Positions 14,989-23,007 of a stretch of 25,334 nt of DNA are shown here, piece after piece. The notes under the pieces were generated by a model. It made no database searches and was not told the DNA's origin. It worked only from the letters and a program-made list of their open reading frames with translations. The translations under genes were made by a program, and so were the position numbers. Every line of letters starts with the position of its first letter. Position 1 is the stretch's first letter. This DNA is from a virus (Duplodnaviria; Caudoviricetes): the IMG/VR virus record IMGVR_UViG_3300020044_007794, positions 1 to 25,334 of that record; one strand, given 5' to 3'.

Positions 14989-15057
14989 GATGTTCCTTTG
15001 GTTTGTTGTATGGCTTATTCGCCGTCGGTTTCAATAAATTTTAGTGCAGATATTACG

Positions 15058-15258
15058 TTATGACTCAGCTAAGGCGCGCAACTCGTCGGCTAGCGCAATA
15101 ACCTGATCCCGCGACAGATACCCTACGTTGTCAAACCAGCTGCCTCCGCCGCGAAAAAAGAACCGGTCAGCAGTAAATCGTGTCACGGAAAAAATACGAT
15201 ACTCGTCCAAAGCGTCTAGCAGGCTTCCACCAGTTGTATCTATTACTTTAGGCTTCAT
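15058..15258 (-). CDS. hypothetical protein (moron)
   Basis: 66-aa ORF with AAGGA RBS and an AT-rich promoter region upstream. Confidence 0.65.
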   Translation of the reverse strand: MKPKVIDTTGGSLLDALDEYRIFSVTRFTADRFFFRGGGSWFDNVGYLSRDQVIALADELRALAES

Positions 15259-15341
15259 TTATATTTCCTTTGGTTAAATTGCGAACATGCAAATATTACC
15301 CCAATAAACCCACGAAAAAATACCTAAAAACCCTAATAGAC

Positions 15342-15379
15342 TTGACTTTAATTGTGTGATATATGACAATAATTGTCAT
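15342..15379 (+). promoter_or_regulatory. portal promoter with overlapping palindrome
   Basis: TTGACT-N17-GACAAT; perfect palindrome ATGACAAT-A-ATTGTCAT (15363-15379) over the -10 box and start codon. Confidence 0.55.
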
Positions 15380-16712
15380 GAATACACCTGCAAAACGTGG
15401 CCCCGGACGGCCTCGCAAAGATGCGCAAAACAACGATGGCGCTTACTTAAACCTAGTCAGTGGCCTAGGCTCACGGCGCGACCCCGGAAGCTATACGCAA
15501 GCGGCGGCGGCTCGGATATTCAGCGAGGGCGAACTCGAAGCTATGTACGTCGGGGACGGCTTTGCACGGCGCATTATTGACGTTGCCGCCTCAGACATGG
15601 TGCGAGCCGGGTTTAAAATCGAGAACGAGGGCGAGGAGGAAATCTATAGCCCCGTCATGGTACGCATGGAGGAGCTGCAAGCATCCGAGCGGTATTGTGA
15701 GGCTTTGAAGCTATCTGCTTTGTACGGTGGGGCATTGGTAGTTTTGGGTATTCAGGACGGCGGCGCATTGGACGAGCCATTGAACGAGAACAGCGTCAAG
15801 GGCGTTGACTTTATCCGCGTGTACGACCGCTATCGCGTGAGTAGGCTGGTCAAGTACGCAGACCCAATGGATAGCCGCTACGGTCAAACCGAAAAGTATC
15901 TTGTATCTCCCTGCAATGGCAGTCCGTACACCGTACATGAAACCCGGTGTATTGTGTTTCAAGGCGAATTTATCCCAGAGAGAATGCGAGAAGTACAGGA
16001 TGGATGGAACGCCTCGACACTCGCAAAATGCTGGGTTCAATTGCAGCGTTACGGGGTGTCGCACCAATGGGCGGAAAAGCTATTAGAACGCGCCCAGCAG
16101 GCTGTACATACGATGGAAGGTATGGCACAGCAGATGATGGCTGCGAACGGCCAAAAAGCCATTATGGACAGGCTGAATATCCTAGACATGAGCCGTAACA
16201 TCCTGAATACGGTAGCCATTGATTCAAAGGATGGTTACACAATCCAAAGCGCTGGCATGGGGGGCGTGCCTGATGTTATCGACCGCTTCGCAGTGGCTTT
16301 GAGCGCAGTGACGGGGATGCCAAAAACGCTATTGTTGGGCGAACAATCCAAGGGCATGGGTGGCGGCAATGACGGTGATTTGCAGAACTGGTATGCCCAC
16401 ATTAAACAGCTGCAAAAGACCCGCCTATTGGCCCCCATTGACCGCTTAGCTGGGTTACTGGTCAAGTCGATGGGACTACCCGAGGACTATCTAATCGAGT
16501 TTGAACCGCTTTATGTGCCGAGCGATAAAGAGGTCGCTGAAGTCGAAAAGATTGAAGCTGACACTGAGAAGGTCAAAGCTGACACAATGGCCGCCTATAT
16601 TGCCGCTGATGTACTTGACCCAAGCGAGGGGCGCAATACCCTAATGGAGCAGGACGCATACATCATGGACGGCATGCGCATTGAACCGGGCGAGGATGAT
16701 GGCGAAGATTAA
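15378..16712 (+). CDS. portal protein, DUF1073 family
   Basis: DG.Y.NL.SGLG..RD, Y..DGFARRIID..A.DM.R, LYGG, VHETR, SAVTGMP.T.LLG...G, D..NWY..I; position after TerL. Confidence 0.92.
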   Translation: MNTPAKRGPGRPRKDAQNNDGAYLNLVSGLGSRRDPGSYTQAAAARIFSEGELEAMYVGDGFARRIIDVAASDMVRAGFKIENEGEEEIYSPVMVRMEELQASERYCEALKLSALYGGALVVLGIQDGGALDEPLNENSVKGVDFIRVYDRYRVSRLVKYADPMDSRYGQTEKYLVSPCNGSPYTVHETRCIVFQGEFIPERMREVQDGWNASTLAKCWVQLQRYGVSHQWAEKLLERAQQAVHTMEGMAQQMMAANGQKAIMDRLNILDMSRNILNTVAIDSKDGYTIQSAGMGGVPDVIDRFAVALSAVTGMPKTLLLGEQSKGMGGGNDGDLQNWYAHIKQLQKTRLLAPIDRLAGLLVKSMGLPEDYLIEFEPLYVPSDKEVAEVEKIEADTEKVKADTMAAYIAADVLDPSEGRNTLMEQDAYIMDGMRIEPGEDDGED

Positions 16713-17505
16713 AACAGCAGAGCTAAAAGCGCCCGACCAAGCAGAGCGCGAATACACACGACTATTGCAAGCCTATGCCCGGCATATAGCGGCTGACACG
16801 CGCAGGATAGTGCTGCCCCGCCTTCCTGAGTTGGTGCGGAGTAGTGAGATTAAAACAGACGGATGGCCTGAGGATATAACGATTATGCTGGCGCTGCTAC
16901 TCGACGCGGTAGTCAGTGGCGGCTCGGTAGTCGAAGCCAAGATACCCGGCATATTCGCACTGATGGCTAAAAACAACGACCGGGCGCTGATACTAGCCAT
17001 AAAAGGCGCAACAGGCGTAACCCTCCCGCCTGCTATACCCGGGGTCAAGTCCTCATTGCTGGCGGTTGACCTATACAGGGGCGAACCGTGGCTCAAGGAG
17101 ATGCAAGACGCATGGATTCGCCAAAACGTCAGTTTGGTCAAGTCAATAGGCGCGCAATATCATGACCGCCTGAATACGATTATTTCTAACGGGGTTTTTA
17201 GCGGTAACTCGGTTAAGCAAATATCCGACCAGATACAGGCGCAATTTGGCGTAACTAAGCATCGCGCTACTTTGATAGCTCAAGACCAGATACTGAGCGC
17301 CAACGCCCGGATAACCCAGATACGAGCCGAATCGCTGGGTATTAAAGAATATATATGGAAGACCGTGGGCGATAGCAGGGTCAGACCAGAGCACGCAGAG
17401 CTAGCCGGGCGGGTGTTTAGCTGGGAGAAGCCCCCGGCGGTGGGACACCCCGGCAGTCCAATCCGGTGCAGGTGCAGAGCTGAACTAATACTGCCTGATG
17501 ATTAA
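16699..17505 (+). CDS. head morphogenesis protein, Mu gpF/SPP1 gp7 family
   Basis: RA.LIA.DQ, YIW.TVGD.RVRPEH, HPG.PIRCRC. Confidence 0.93.
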   Translation: MAKIKTAELKAPDQAEREYTRLLQAYARHIAADTRRIVLPRLPELVRSSEIKTDGWPEDITIMLALLLDAVVSGGSVVEAKIPGIFALMAKNNDRALILAIKGATGVTLPPAIPGVKSSLLAVDLYRGEPWLKEMQDAWIRQNVSLVKSIGAQYHDRLNTIISNGVFSGNSVKQISDQIQAQFGVTKHRATLIAQDQILSANARITQIRAESLGIKEYIWKTVGDSRVRPEHAELAGRVFSWEKPPAVGHPGSPIRCRCRAELILPDD

Positions 17506-17708
17506 TCAATAGGTACATACCCTAATAGACATCCTTGAAATGGGTAGTGTCTCAGTTTGAAATCAGCCCCTAAAACAACACTGATTTTGCTATGCTTGAG
17601 GGTATGAAACGCAAAGACATCAATGTAATCTACTGGGGTCAGGTCCACACCCTCGAAAACCGCATGGATAAAGGGCTGTGGGGCTTTTGAAGCCAAAAAA
17701 AGCGGCAT
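17502..17708 (-). CDS. possible hypothetical protein (antisense insert)
   Basis: 68-aa ORF from ATG at 17708 fills the gap between gpF and the protease gene; no motif recognised. Confidence 0.35.
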   Translation of the reverse strand: MPLFLASKAPQPFIHAVFEGVDLTPVDYIDVFAFHTLKHSKISVVLGADFKLRHYPFQGCLLGYVPID

Positions 17709-17773
17709 AGGTCCATCACCACTTTCACCAGCAGCGTCTCGCAATCGGCAACTTTTACCTAAAAATGTATGCT

Positions 17774-17802
17774 CTTGCAAAATAAATAAACACTGTTTAG
17801 AA
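17774..17802 (+). promoter_or_regulatory. head-gene promoter
   Basis: TTGCAA-N17-TAGAAT, with the ATG 7 nt downstream. Confidence 0.65.
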
Positions 17803-17809
17803 TTCCAGC

Positions 17810-18895
17810 ATGAGCGTGCAACGATTTGATTTTGCGACATTTAAGGCCACTAAGACCGACGAAGGTTACTTGGTGGACAACCCTATTGTTGGAAGAATCG
17901 GCATTCAAATTTATCAGAATGCCGACGGCACAACCCGCAAAGAATACCGCCCGGCTGAGGAAGTATTCCACCCCGACGCACTGGCAAGCATGGCGGGAAA
18001 ACCGATTACAGACCAGCACCCCAATGGCAAGGTGACGGCGGCTAACTTCAAAAAGCTGACGATTGGGACAATCCTAGGCGCTGGCAAGCAGGACGGCGAT
18101 AACGTGACCGCCTCTATCATTATTCAGGATGCTGACGCTATTTTGAAGGCCGAAAAAGGCGGTGTCCGTGATTTATCGCTTGGCTACTCAGTCGACCTAG
18201 AAGATACGCCGGGCGAATATAACGGTGAAAAATATGACGCGGTGCAACGGAACATACGCGTTAACCATTTGGCATTGGTGCCAAAAGGCCGGGCAGGTAA
18301 TGCACGGCTCAACCTTGACCGCTTCGACGCGGTCGCTTTAACGGAGGACGTAATGTCTGACAAACTTGGCCGCGTGCGGCTTGACAATGGCATTGAATAT
18401 GATGCCGCCCCAGAGGTAGTGCACGCGCTGGACAAGTTGCGTGATGACGTTGCCACTTCACTAACCGACGCGAAGACCGCTAAAGCCGAAGCTGAAAAGC
18501 TGCAGGGCGAGCGTGACACGCTTAAAGCGCGAGTTGATGGCTTTGCTGACGAATTGGCCAAGGTCAAGACTGATGCAATGGCCGCTGCTCGTGAGGAGGT
18601 AAAAGCCCGCGCCGCGCTGGAAACATCCGCTGACGGCTTCAAAGTTGACCACGCTGGCAAGACTGACCGCGAGGTTAAAGAGGCCGTCATTAAAACAATC
18701 CGCGCTGATGCTGACTTCTCTGGCAAGTCTGACGAATACGTGCAGGCCGCCTTTGATATGGCTGTGGCAATGAAGACCGACGCTGCAATGGCAGGCCAGC
18801 GCAAAACCGTGCTGAACAGCGACGGCGGCGCGCCCATGAACGCAGAGCAAAAATATCAGCTCTACAAACAATCACTGACTAACAAAGGAGCTTAA
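17810..18895 (+). CDS. prohead protease/scaffold, DUF2213 family
   Basis: T.EGYL....GRIG.Q.Y, YRP.EEVF, PIT..HP, LSLGY, QR.IR.NHLALV..GRAG; coiled-coil C-terminus. Confidence 0.93.
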   Translation: MSVQRFDFATFKATKTDEGYLVDNPIVGRIGIQIYQNADGTTRKEYRPAEEVFHPDALASMAGKPITDQHPNGKVTAANFKKLTIGTILGAGKQDGDNVTASIIIQDADAILKAEKGGVRDLSLGYSVDLEDTPGEYNGEKYDAVQRNIRVNHLALVPKGRAGNARLNLDRFDAVALTEDVMSDKLGRVRLDNGIEYDAAPEVVHALDKLRDDVATSLTDAKTAKAEAEKLQGERDTLKARVDGFADELAKVKTDAMAAAREEVKARAALETSADGFKVDHAGKTDREVKEAVIKTIRADADFSGKSDEYVQAAFDMAVAMKTDAAMAGQRKTVLNSDGGAPMNAEQKYQLYKQSLTNKGA

Positions 18896-18898
18896 GCA

Positions 18899-19366
18899 AT
18901 GTCACAAACATCCGTAACTTTATACGGCAACGCGGCCTTCAACGGCATGCTTGCTGACCTCTCAGAAAACGACATCGGCTCGTTTGCAGCCGAGGGCGTA
19001 GTCGCTATCGGCTGCACTGTACGACGTGGCACGAACCGTGAGAAGCAGGCCGTCCAATCGTCTACCGCCGTAGGCCAAGGTGCTTTGGTTTTTGGCATTG
19101 CATTGCACGACCATGCACGCGAGGCGACCGCTCAAGGTGTGGCTCAGTATGCTAGCACCGAGGCCGTGAGTGTATTGCGCAAAGGCCGCGTGTGGGTACA
19201 AACCAATGACGCGGTAGTCGCAGGTGCTGTGGCTAATCTGCACTTGGCAACCGGTACGTTTACTGACGAGGCCGTAGGCGCGGGCATTGAGGCATTAACT
19301 TTGGTGCAAGCACGTTTTGAAACCGGCACGACCGCAGCAGGTTTGGCTATTGTGGAGTTGAAATAA
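18899..19366 (+). CDS. capsid decoration/cement protein
   Basis: Lies between the scaffold and capsid genes; VSVLRKGRVWV motif. Confidence 0.8.
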   Translation: MSQTSVTLYGNAAFNGMLADLSENDIGSFAAEGVVAIGCTVRRGTNREKQAVQSSTAVGQGALVFGIALHDHAREATAQGVAQYASTEAVSVLRKGRVWVQTNDAVVAGAVANLHLATGTFTDEAVGAGIEALTLVQARFETGTTAAGLAIVELK

Positions 19367-20310
19367 TGAACTACGATGAAAAAGACCTCCGCGCCATTGA
19401 ATCAGCTGGCGCATTCGACCGTAACGATTCGGTATTCTTCGCGCGCCAGCTTGAATCAATCAAGGCGCAGGCGTATGACGTAAAGCGTGCCAAGTTAAGC
19501 GCCCTTGAAGTGCTGCCAGTTTCGACGGCTCACCCCGAAGGTGCGACGACTATCACTTACCGTCAATATGACGCAGTGGGCGCGGCGAAAATCATTGCAA
19601 ACTATGCCAATGACTTGCCACGCGCTGATGTAACTGGTAAAGAGTTCACCTCCCCAGTTCGTGGCATTGGTATCAGCTACGGTTACAACATGCAAGAGAT
19701 TCGCTCTGCACAAATGACAGGCATGAGCCTCTCTGAAAAGAAGATGCGCTCTGCACAGCGCGCCCATGAGGAGCTTATCAACCGCCTCGCATGGTTTGGT
19801 GATGTTGAGTATGGCCTGCCCGGCTTCATGACCAACGCCAACATCCCAGCTTATACGGTTACGGCGGACGGAACTGGCTCTAGCAAGTTGTGGGTTAACA
19901 AAACGGCTGACCAAATCATCCGCGATGTGAACGGCGCTATCAATCAAGTGCGCACCCAGTCACGTGACATTCACCGTGCCAATACGGTGCTGATGCCACT
20001 GGAGCAGTTTGCGCAAATCTCTAGCCAGCCACGCAGCTCTACGACTGACACGACCATCTTAGGCTTCCTGCAAGCCAACAACCCCGGCGTTACCTTCAGG
20101 CCAGTTTTGGAGATGGATAACGTATCCGGCTTTGATAAGCTGGTTGCAGGTGAATTTAGCGCCGACAATCTGCAATTGGAGCTGCCAATGACATTCCGAC
20201 AGTACAGCCCACAGCAGAAAGGCTTGGAGTTTGAGATTCCGTGTGAATCCCGCTTTGGTGGTGTGATTATTGAATACCCACTGGCCTTCACGATTGGCGA
20301 TAGCATCTAA
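19366..20310 (+). CDS. major capsid protein, DUF2184 (HK97 fold)
   Basis: FFARQLE.I, YD.VG.AKII..YA.DLPRAD, N..AWFGD...GL.G, W..KT.DQI..D, C.SR.GGV.I.YP. Confidence 0.95.
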   Translation: MNYDEKDLRAIESAGAFDRNDSVFFARQLESIKAQAYDVKRAKLSALEVLPVSTAHPEGATTITYRQYDAVGAAKIIANYANDLPRADVTGKEFTSPVRGIGISYGYNMQEIRSAQMTGMSLSEKKMRSAQRAHEELINRLAWFGDVEYGLPGFMTNANIPAYTVTADGTGSSKLWVNKTADQIIRDVNGAINQVRTQSRDIHRANTVLMPLEQFAQISSQPRSSTTDTTILGFLQANNPGVTFRPVLEMDNVSGFDKLVAGEFSADNLQLELPMTFRQYSPQQKGLEFEIPCESRFGGVIIEYPLAFTIGDSI

Positions 20311-20325
20311 GCTGAAAAGCAAAAC

Positions 20326-20351
20326 AAAAGGGGGCGCTTGCCCCTTTTTTT
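20326..20351 (+). terminator. intrinsic terminator after the capsid gene
   Basis: AAAAG-GGGGC GCTT GCCCC-TTTTTTT. Confidence 0.85.
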
Positions 20352-20357
20352 ACGCCT

Positions 20358-20386
20358 TTGCAATTGGTGTAAACCCCTAGTAAAAT
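20358..20386 (+). promoter_or_regulatory. neck-gene promoter with operator in the spacer
   Basis: TTGCAA-[TTGGTGTAAACCCCTAG, 17 nt]-TAAAAT. Confidence 0.7.
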
Positions 20387-20408
20387 AGCACCGTTTAGGA
20401 GAAGCCCC

Positions 20409-20606
20409 ATGAAATTGAAAAACGTATCAGCCCGTGCCTACGGCGTTAACGGCAAAATCATTGCCCCGCTGCAAGTATTTGAAGTCACCGACGACGTGAC
20501 ACTGGCTAGCTTGAAAATGCACATAGGCGGCGACTTTGAAGAAGTTGAAGACGAAAAGCGCAAGCCCGGACGGCCTGCTAAGGCTGAAAAGGATGCTGAG
20601 CAATGA
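20409..20606 (+). CDS. small protein after the capsid gene, with C-terminal RKPGRP motif
   Basis: AGGAG RBS; 65 aa. Confidence 0.8.
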   Translation: MKLKNVSARAYGVNGKIIAPLQVFEVTDDVTLASLKMHIGGDFEEVEDEKRKPGRPAKAEKDAEQ

Positions 20607-20983
20607 CGGCGCTGACTAACTTCCGCCTGCTAGCCCCTGAGTTTTCGGGGGAACTTGACGCTACGGTGAACCAGTTCCTCGCGCTAGCCCCGAGCTTTGT
20701 AAACTTGGCTCTGTACACCGGAGAGGCCGTCGATGTTGCTACGGCATTGAAGGCGGCTAGCCTGATGCTGGCGCAAAAGAATAGCGCGACAGGTCAGAGT
20801 AGCGGCGGCGAATTGAGTATGGAGCGCGAGGGCGATTTATCACGCTCTTATGGCGCGTCTAGTAAGTTCAATGAGGGTTTGGATATATATGCCCAGCAAT
20901 TGCGCGATTTAAATTTGGCGCTTGGAATCAATCAATACAGCGCGGCGGTTACACGCATGGCCGACGTGGTGCCAGCTCTGTAA
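20603..20983 (+). CDS. head-tail adaptor, DUF4054-like
   Basis: FR..APEF start, E.EGDLSRSY, Y..Q...L; synteny. Confidence 0.8.
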   Translation: MTALTNFRLLAPEFSGELDATVNQFLALAPSFVNLALYTGEAVDVATALKAASLMLAQKNSATGQSSGGELSMEREGDLSRSYGASSKFNEGLDIYAQQLRDLNLALGINQYSAAVTRMADVVPAL

Positions 20984-21423
20984 TGGCTAGGACATACGTT
21001 ATGGATACGGACAAAGGCATGAGGGCAATCATGCGCGAGTTCAAACAGGCCGACCGGGTGCGAATAGATGTAGGCGTACAGGGCAACACGGCGGGCGGCG
21101 TGGCTGAGTACGCGGCGGCTAATGAGTACGGGACAAAGCATATTCCCCAGCGCCCGGCTATTGGGACAGCCTTTGACGAAAACCGTGCCAAGTACGTGCA
21201 AGGTATGGAGCGGGCTGCTAGGCGTATGGGTACGGAGGCCTTTGCGCGTATGGCTAACCAGCTAGGGCTAAGAGCCAAGCAGGATATTCAAAGCACAATC
21301 ACGGGCAGGAACTTTTTGCCGAGTCTGTCACCAGCGACGGTGAAAGCAAAAAAAGGCTCAACTAAAACACTTGTTGACACAGGCACATACGTCAACAGCA
21401 TCGTCCACGTGATTAAAAAATGA
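20983..21423 (+). CDS. neck/tail morphogenesis protein (HK97 gp10-like)
   Basis: A.YAA.NEYGT..IP.RP and T...KKGSTK.LVDTG. Confidence 0.85.
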   Translation: MARTYVMDTDKGMRAIMREFKQADRVRIDVGVQGNTAGGVAEYAAANEYGTKHIPQRPAIGTAFDENRAKYVQGMERAARRMGTEAFARMANQLGLRAKQDIQSTITGRNFLPSLSPATVKAKKGSTKTLVDTGTYVNSIVHVIKK

Positions 21424-21800
21424 GTTTTCGCAAAACCTTTACAGTTCTGACAGAAACGCCCGGTGGATACGTTGCAGGCTTATTCGTACCCGGTACGCGG
21501 GCAACCGCCTCATTGCTTGCAAGCATTCAGCCCGTGACCGGCGAAGATATGGTTACAGCGCCCGAGGGCAGGCGCATACAGGACATGGTAAAAATATACA
21601 GCTCTACCCCGCTACAACAAGCCGTGGAGGCTACAGGCCAACAGCCTGACATCGTGGTGTGGCAGGGTTACGGCTATGAGGTTACGTCGATGGACGTTAG
21701 GCAGATGGATACTATCCCGCATTACAAGATTATCGCAGCGCGGCGCATGGCCGTGCCTGATGTAAGCGCATGGGCGGCTGGCACACTTAATAGAGGTTAA
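21420..21800 (+). CDS. head closure protein
   Basis: GGYV.G, ASIQP, PEG.R, KIYS, D.VVW.G..YEV, HYK; synteny. Confidence 0.8.
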   Translation: MSFRKTFTVLTETPGGYVAGLFVPGTRATASLLASIQPVTGEDMVTAPEGRRIQDMVKIYSSTPLQQAVEATGQQPDIVVWQGYGYEVTSMDVRQMDTIPHYKIIAARRMAVPDVSAWAAGTLNRG

Positions 21801-21802
21801 AC

Positions 21803-22420
21803 ATGGCATCAAGTATCGATATAGCAATCCCTCCAATTGGCAACCCTACGACGGCGGCCGTGCGTGCGAACTTTGGTTATGCGAAGTCTGAGATTGAAGC
21901 ATTACAGGCGGGCATGGCCGGGGCGATTGAGTACACGGATATTAGAGCGAGTGAGGCTATTCCTTCGATTGCACTCCAGGATAACGTACAGGCATCGACG
22001 CAGTTTATATTGCCAAGCCCGGTTATAGCAGGGTCAAAAGTCGGTGGCATTGAGTACAACAATTTGACGGGCGCGATTGAAGTAACCAACGCAGGGGTTT
22101 ATGTCTTCCAATTCATGTTTAATTGCGTAGCTACGGATGTCGTGAAGTTGTTTTATAAGGCCGCGACTTTAGGGGCTGATAACGTAACAGTCACGCCCTT
22201 CTCTACAGCAGGCAGGCAATTTCGGTTTACCAACGGTGATGCTATTTTGATTTCAATCAAAACAATCAACTATTGGGCGGCGGGGACTAAGCTGATTATT
22301 TATCTGCACACGGATAACGTCGGGGCTTTGACCTTCCAAACACAGGCGGGTGTCGCATTCCCCAACGGCGGCTCTAATACTTTAATGTCCGCTAGGTATC
22401 AGCTCGCTAGATTGTCATGA
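21803..22420 (+). CDS. putative collar/neck fibre with C1q/TNF-like beta domain
   Basis: N-terminal helix VRANFGYAKSEIEALQ; TG.IEV..AGVY.F beta motif; sits among the neck genes. Confidence 0.55.
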   Translation: MASSIDIAIPPIGNPTTAAVRANFGYAKSEIEALQAGMAGAIEYTDIRASEAIPSIALQDNVQASTQFILPSPVIAGSKVGGIEYNNLTGAIEVTNAGVYVFQFMFNCVATDVVKLFYKAATLGADNVTVTPFSTAGRQFRFTNGDAILISIKTINYWAAGTKLIIYLHTDNVGALTFQTQAGVAFPNGGSNTLMSARYQLARLS

Positions 22421-22947
22421 ATACAACGACGCTGAAGACGCGGCTATGGGCATTGATGCAACCCATTATTGGTGGGACTGTAATTTGGGCCGACCAAAAC
22501 AGCCCCCGGCCTGCGTTGCCTTATTGCACGCTTAAATTAAACACGATTAGCCGCGTAGGCGCGCCCTACTATGCAGACCCAGATAACAACGGATTGCAGA
22601 GCGTACAGGTGACGCGGGAGAGCGTCCTACAGGTGCAACGGTACGGGGAGAACAGCGTAAATGCGCTTAATGAATTTGCTGACAAACTGGCTTTAAATAG
22701 CAACCTGGACAAATTCAGCCTGCAAGATATATCGGCCTTTGACGTGTCGGACGTGACGGATGTGGCACTGCTATTGAACGCGCTGGCTACTGAGCCACGG
22801 GCAAGTGTAGATGTATCTATCCGCTGGGTATCAGACCAGACCGACGATGTAGGGCTGATTGACACCGTTATCTCGAATGGGACGGTTGGCCCAGATATGA
22901 CGGCTAACAACCTGACATATTCGATTGAGACGGTTTCAGTGGGTTAG
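22417..22947 (+). CDS. tail terminator/completion protein
   Basis: VIWADQNSPRP..PY, E.RA.VD; directly before the sheath gene. Confidence 0.8.
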   Translation: MNTTTLKTRLWALMQPIIGGTVIWADQNSPRPALPYCTLKLNTISRVGAPYYADPDNNGLQSVQVTRESVLQVQRYGENSVNALNEFADKLALNSNLDKFSLQDISAFDVSDVTDVALLLNALATEPRASVDVSIRWVSDQTDDVGLIDTVISNGTVGPDMTANNLTYSIETVSVG

Positions 22948-22978
22948 GGTTTACACCTATAGTTTTAAGTCATAAAAT
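22944..22978 (+). promoter_or_regulatory. tail promoter overlapped by operator
   Basis: TTTACA-N17-TAAAAT; TAGGGTTTACACCTA covers the -35 box. Confidence 0.65.
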
Positions 22979-23007
22979 GTGGTAACGGTTTTTATTGGAG
23001 TAAATAA

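Noticed and set aside
15040-15065. attC-like TCATAAC at the end of the 15058..15258 gene
   Set aside because: It does not fit RYYYAAC, and no matching right arm was found.
15363-16712. Anti-CBASS Acb1 label sometimes attached to DUF1073 proteins
   Set aside because: Size, motifs and position indicate a portal; no phosphoesterase domain was seen.
18184-18837. Long antisense ORFs (for example 217 aa here, and 12718..13161, 19495..19947)
   Set aside because: They are codon-bias shadows of well-supported plus-strand genes.
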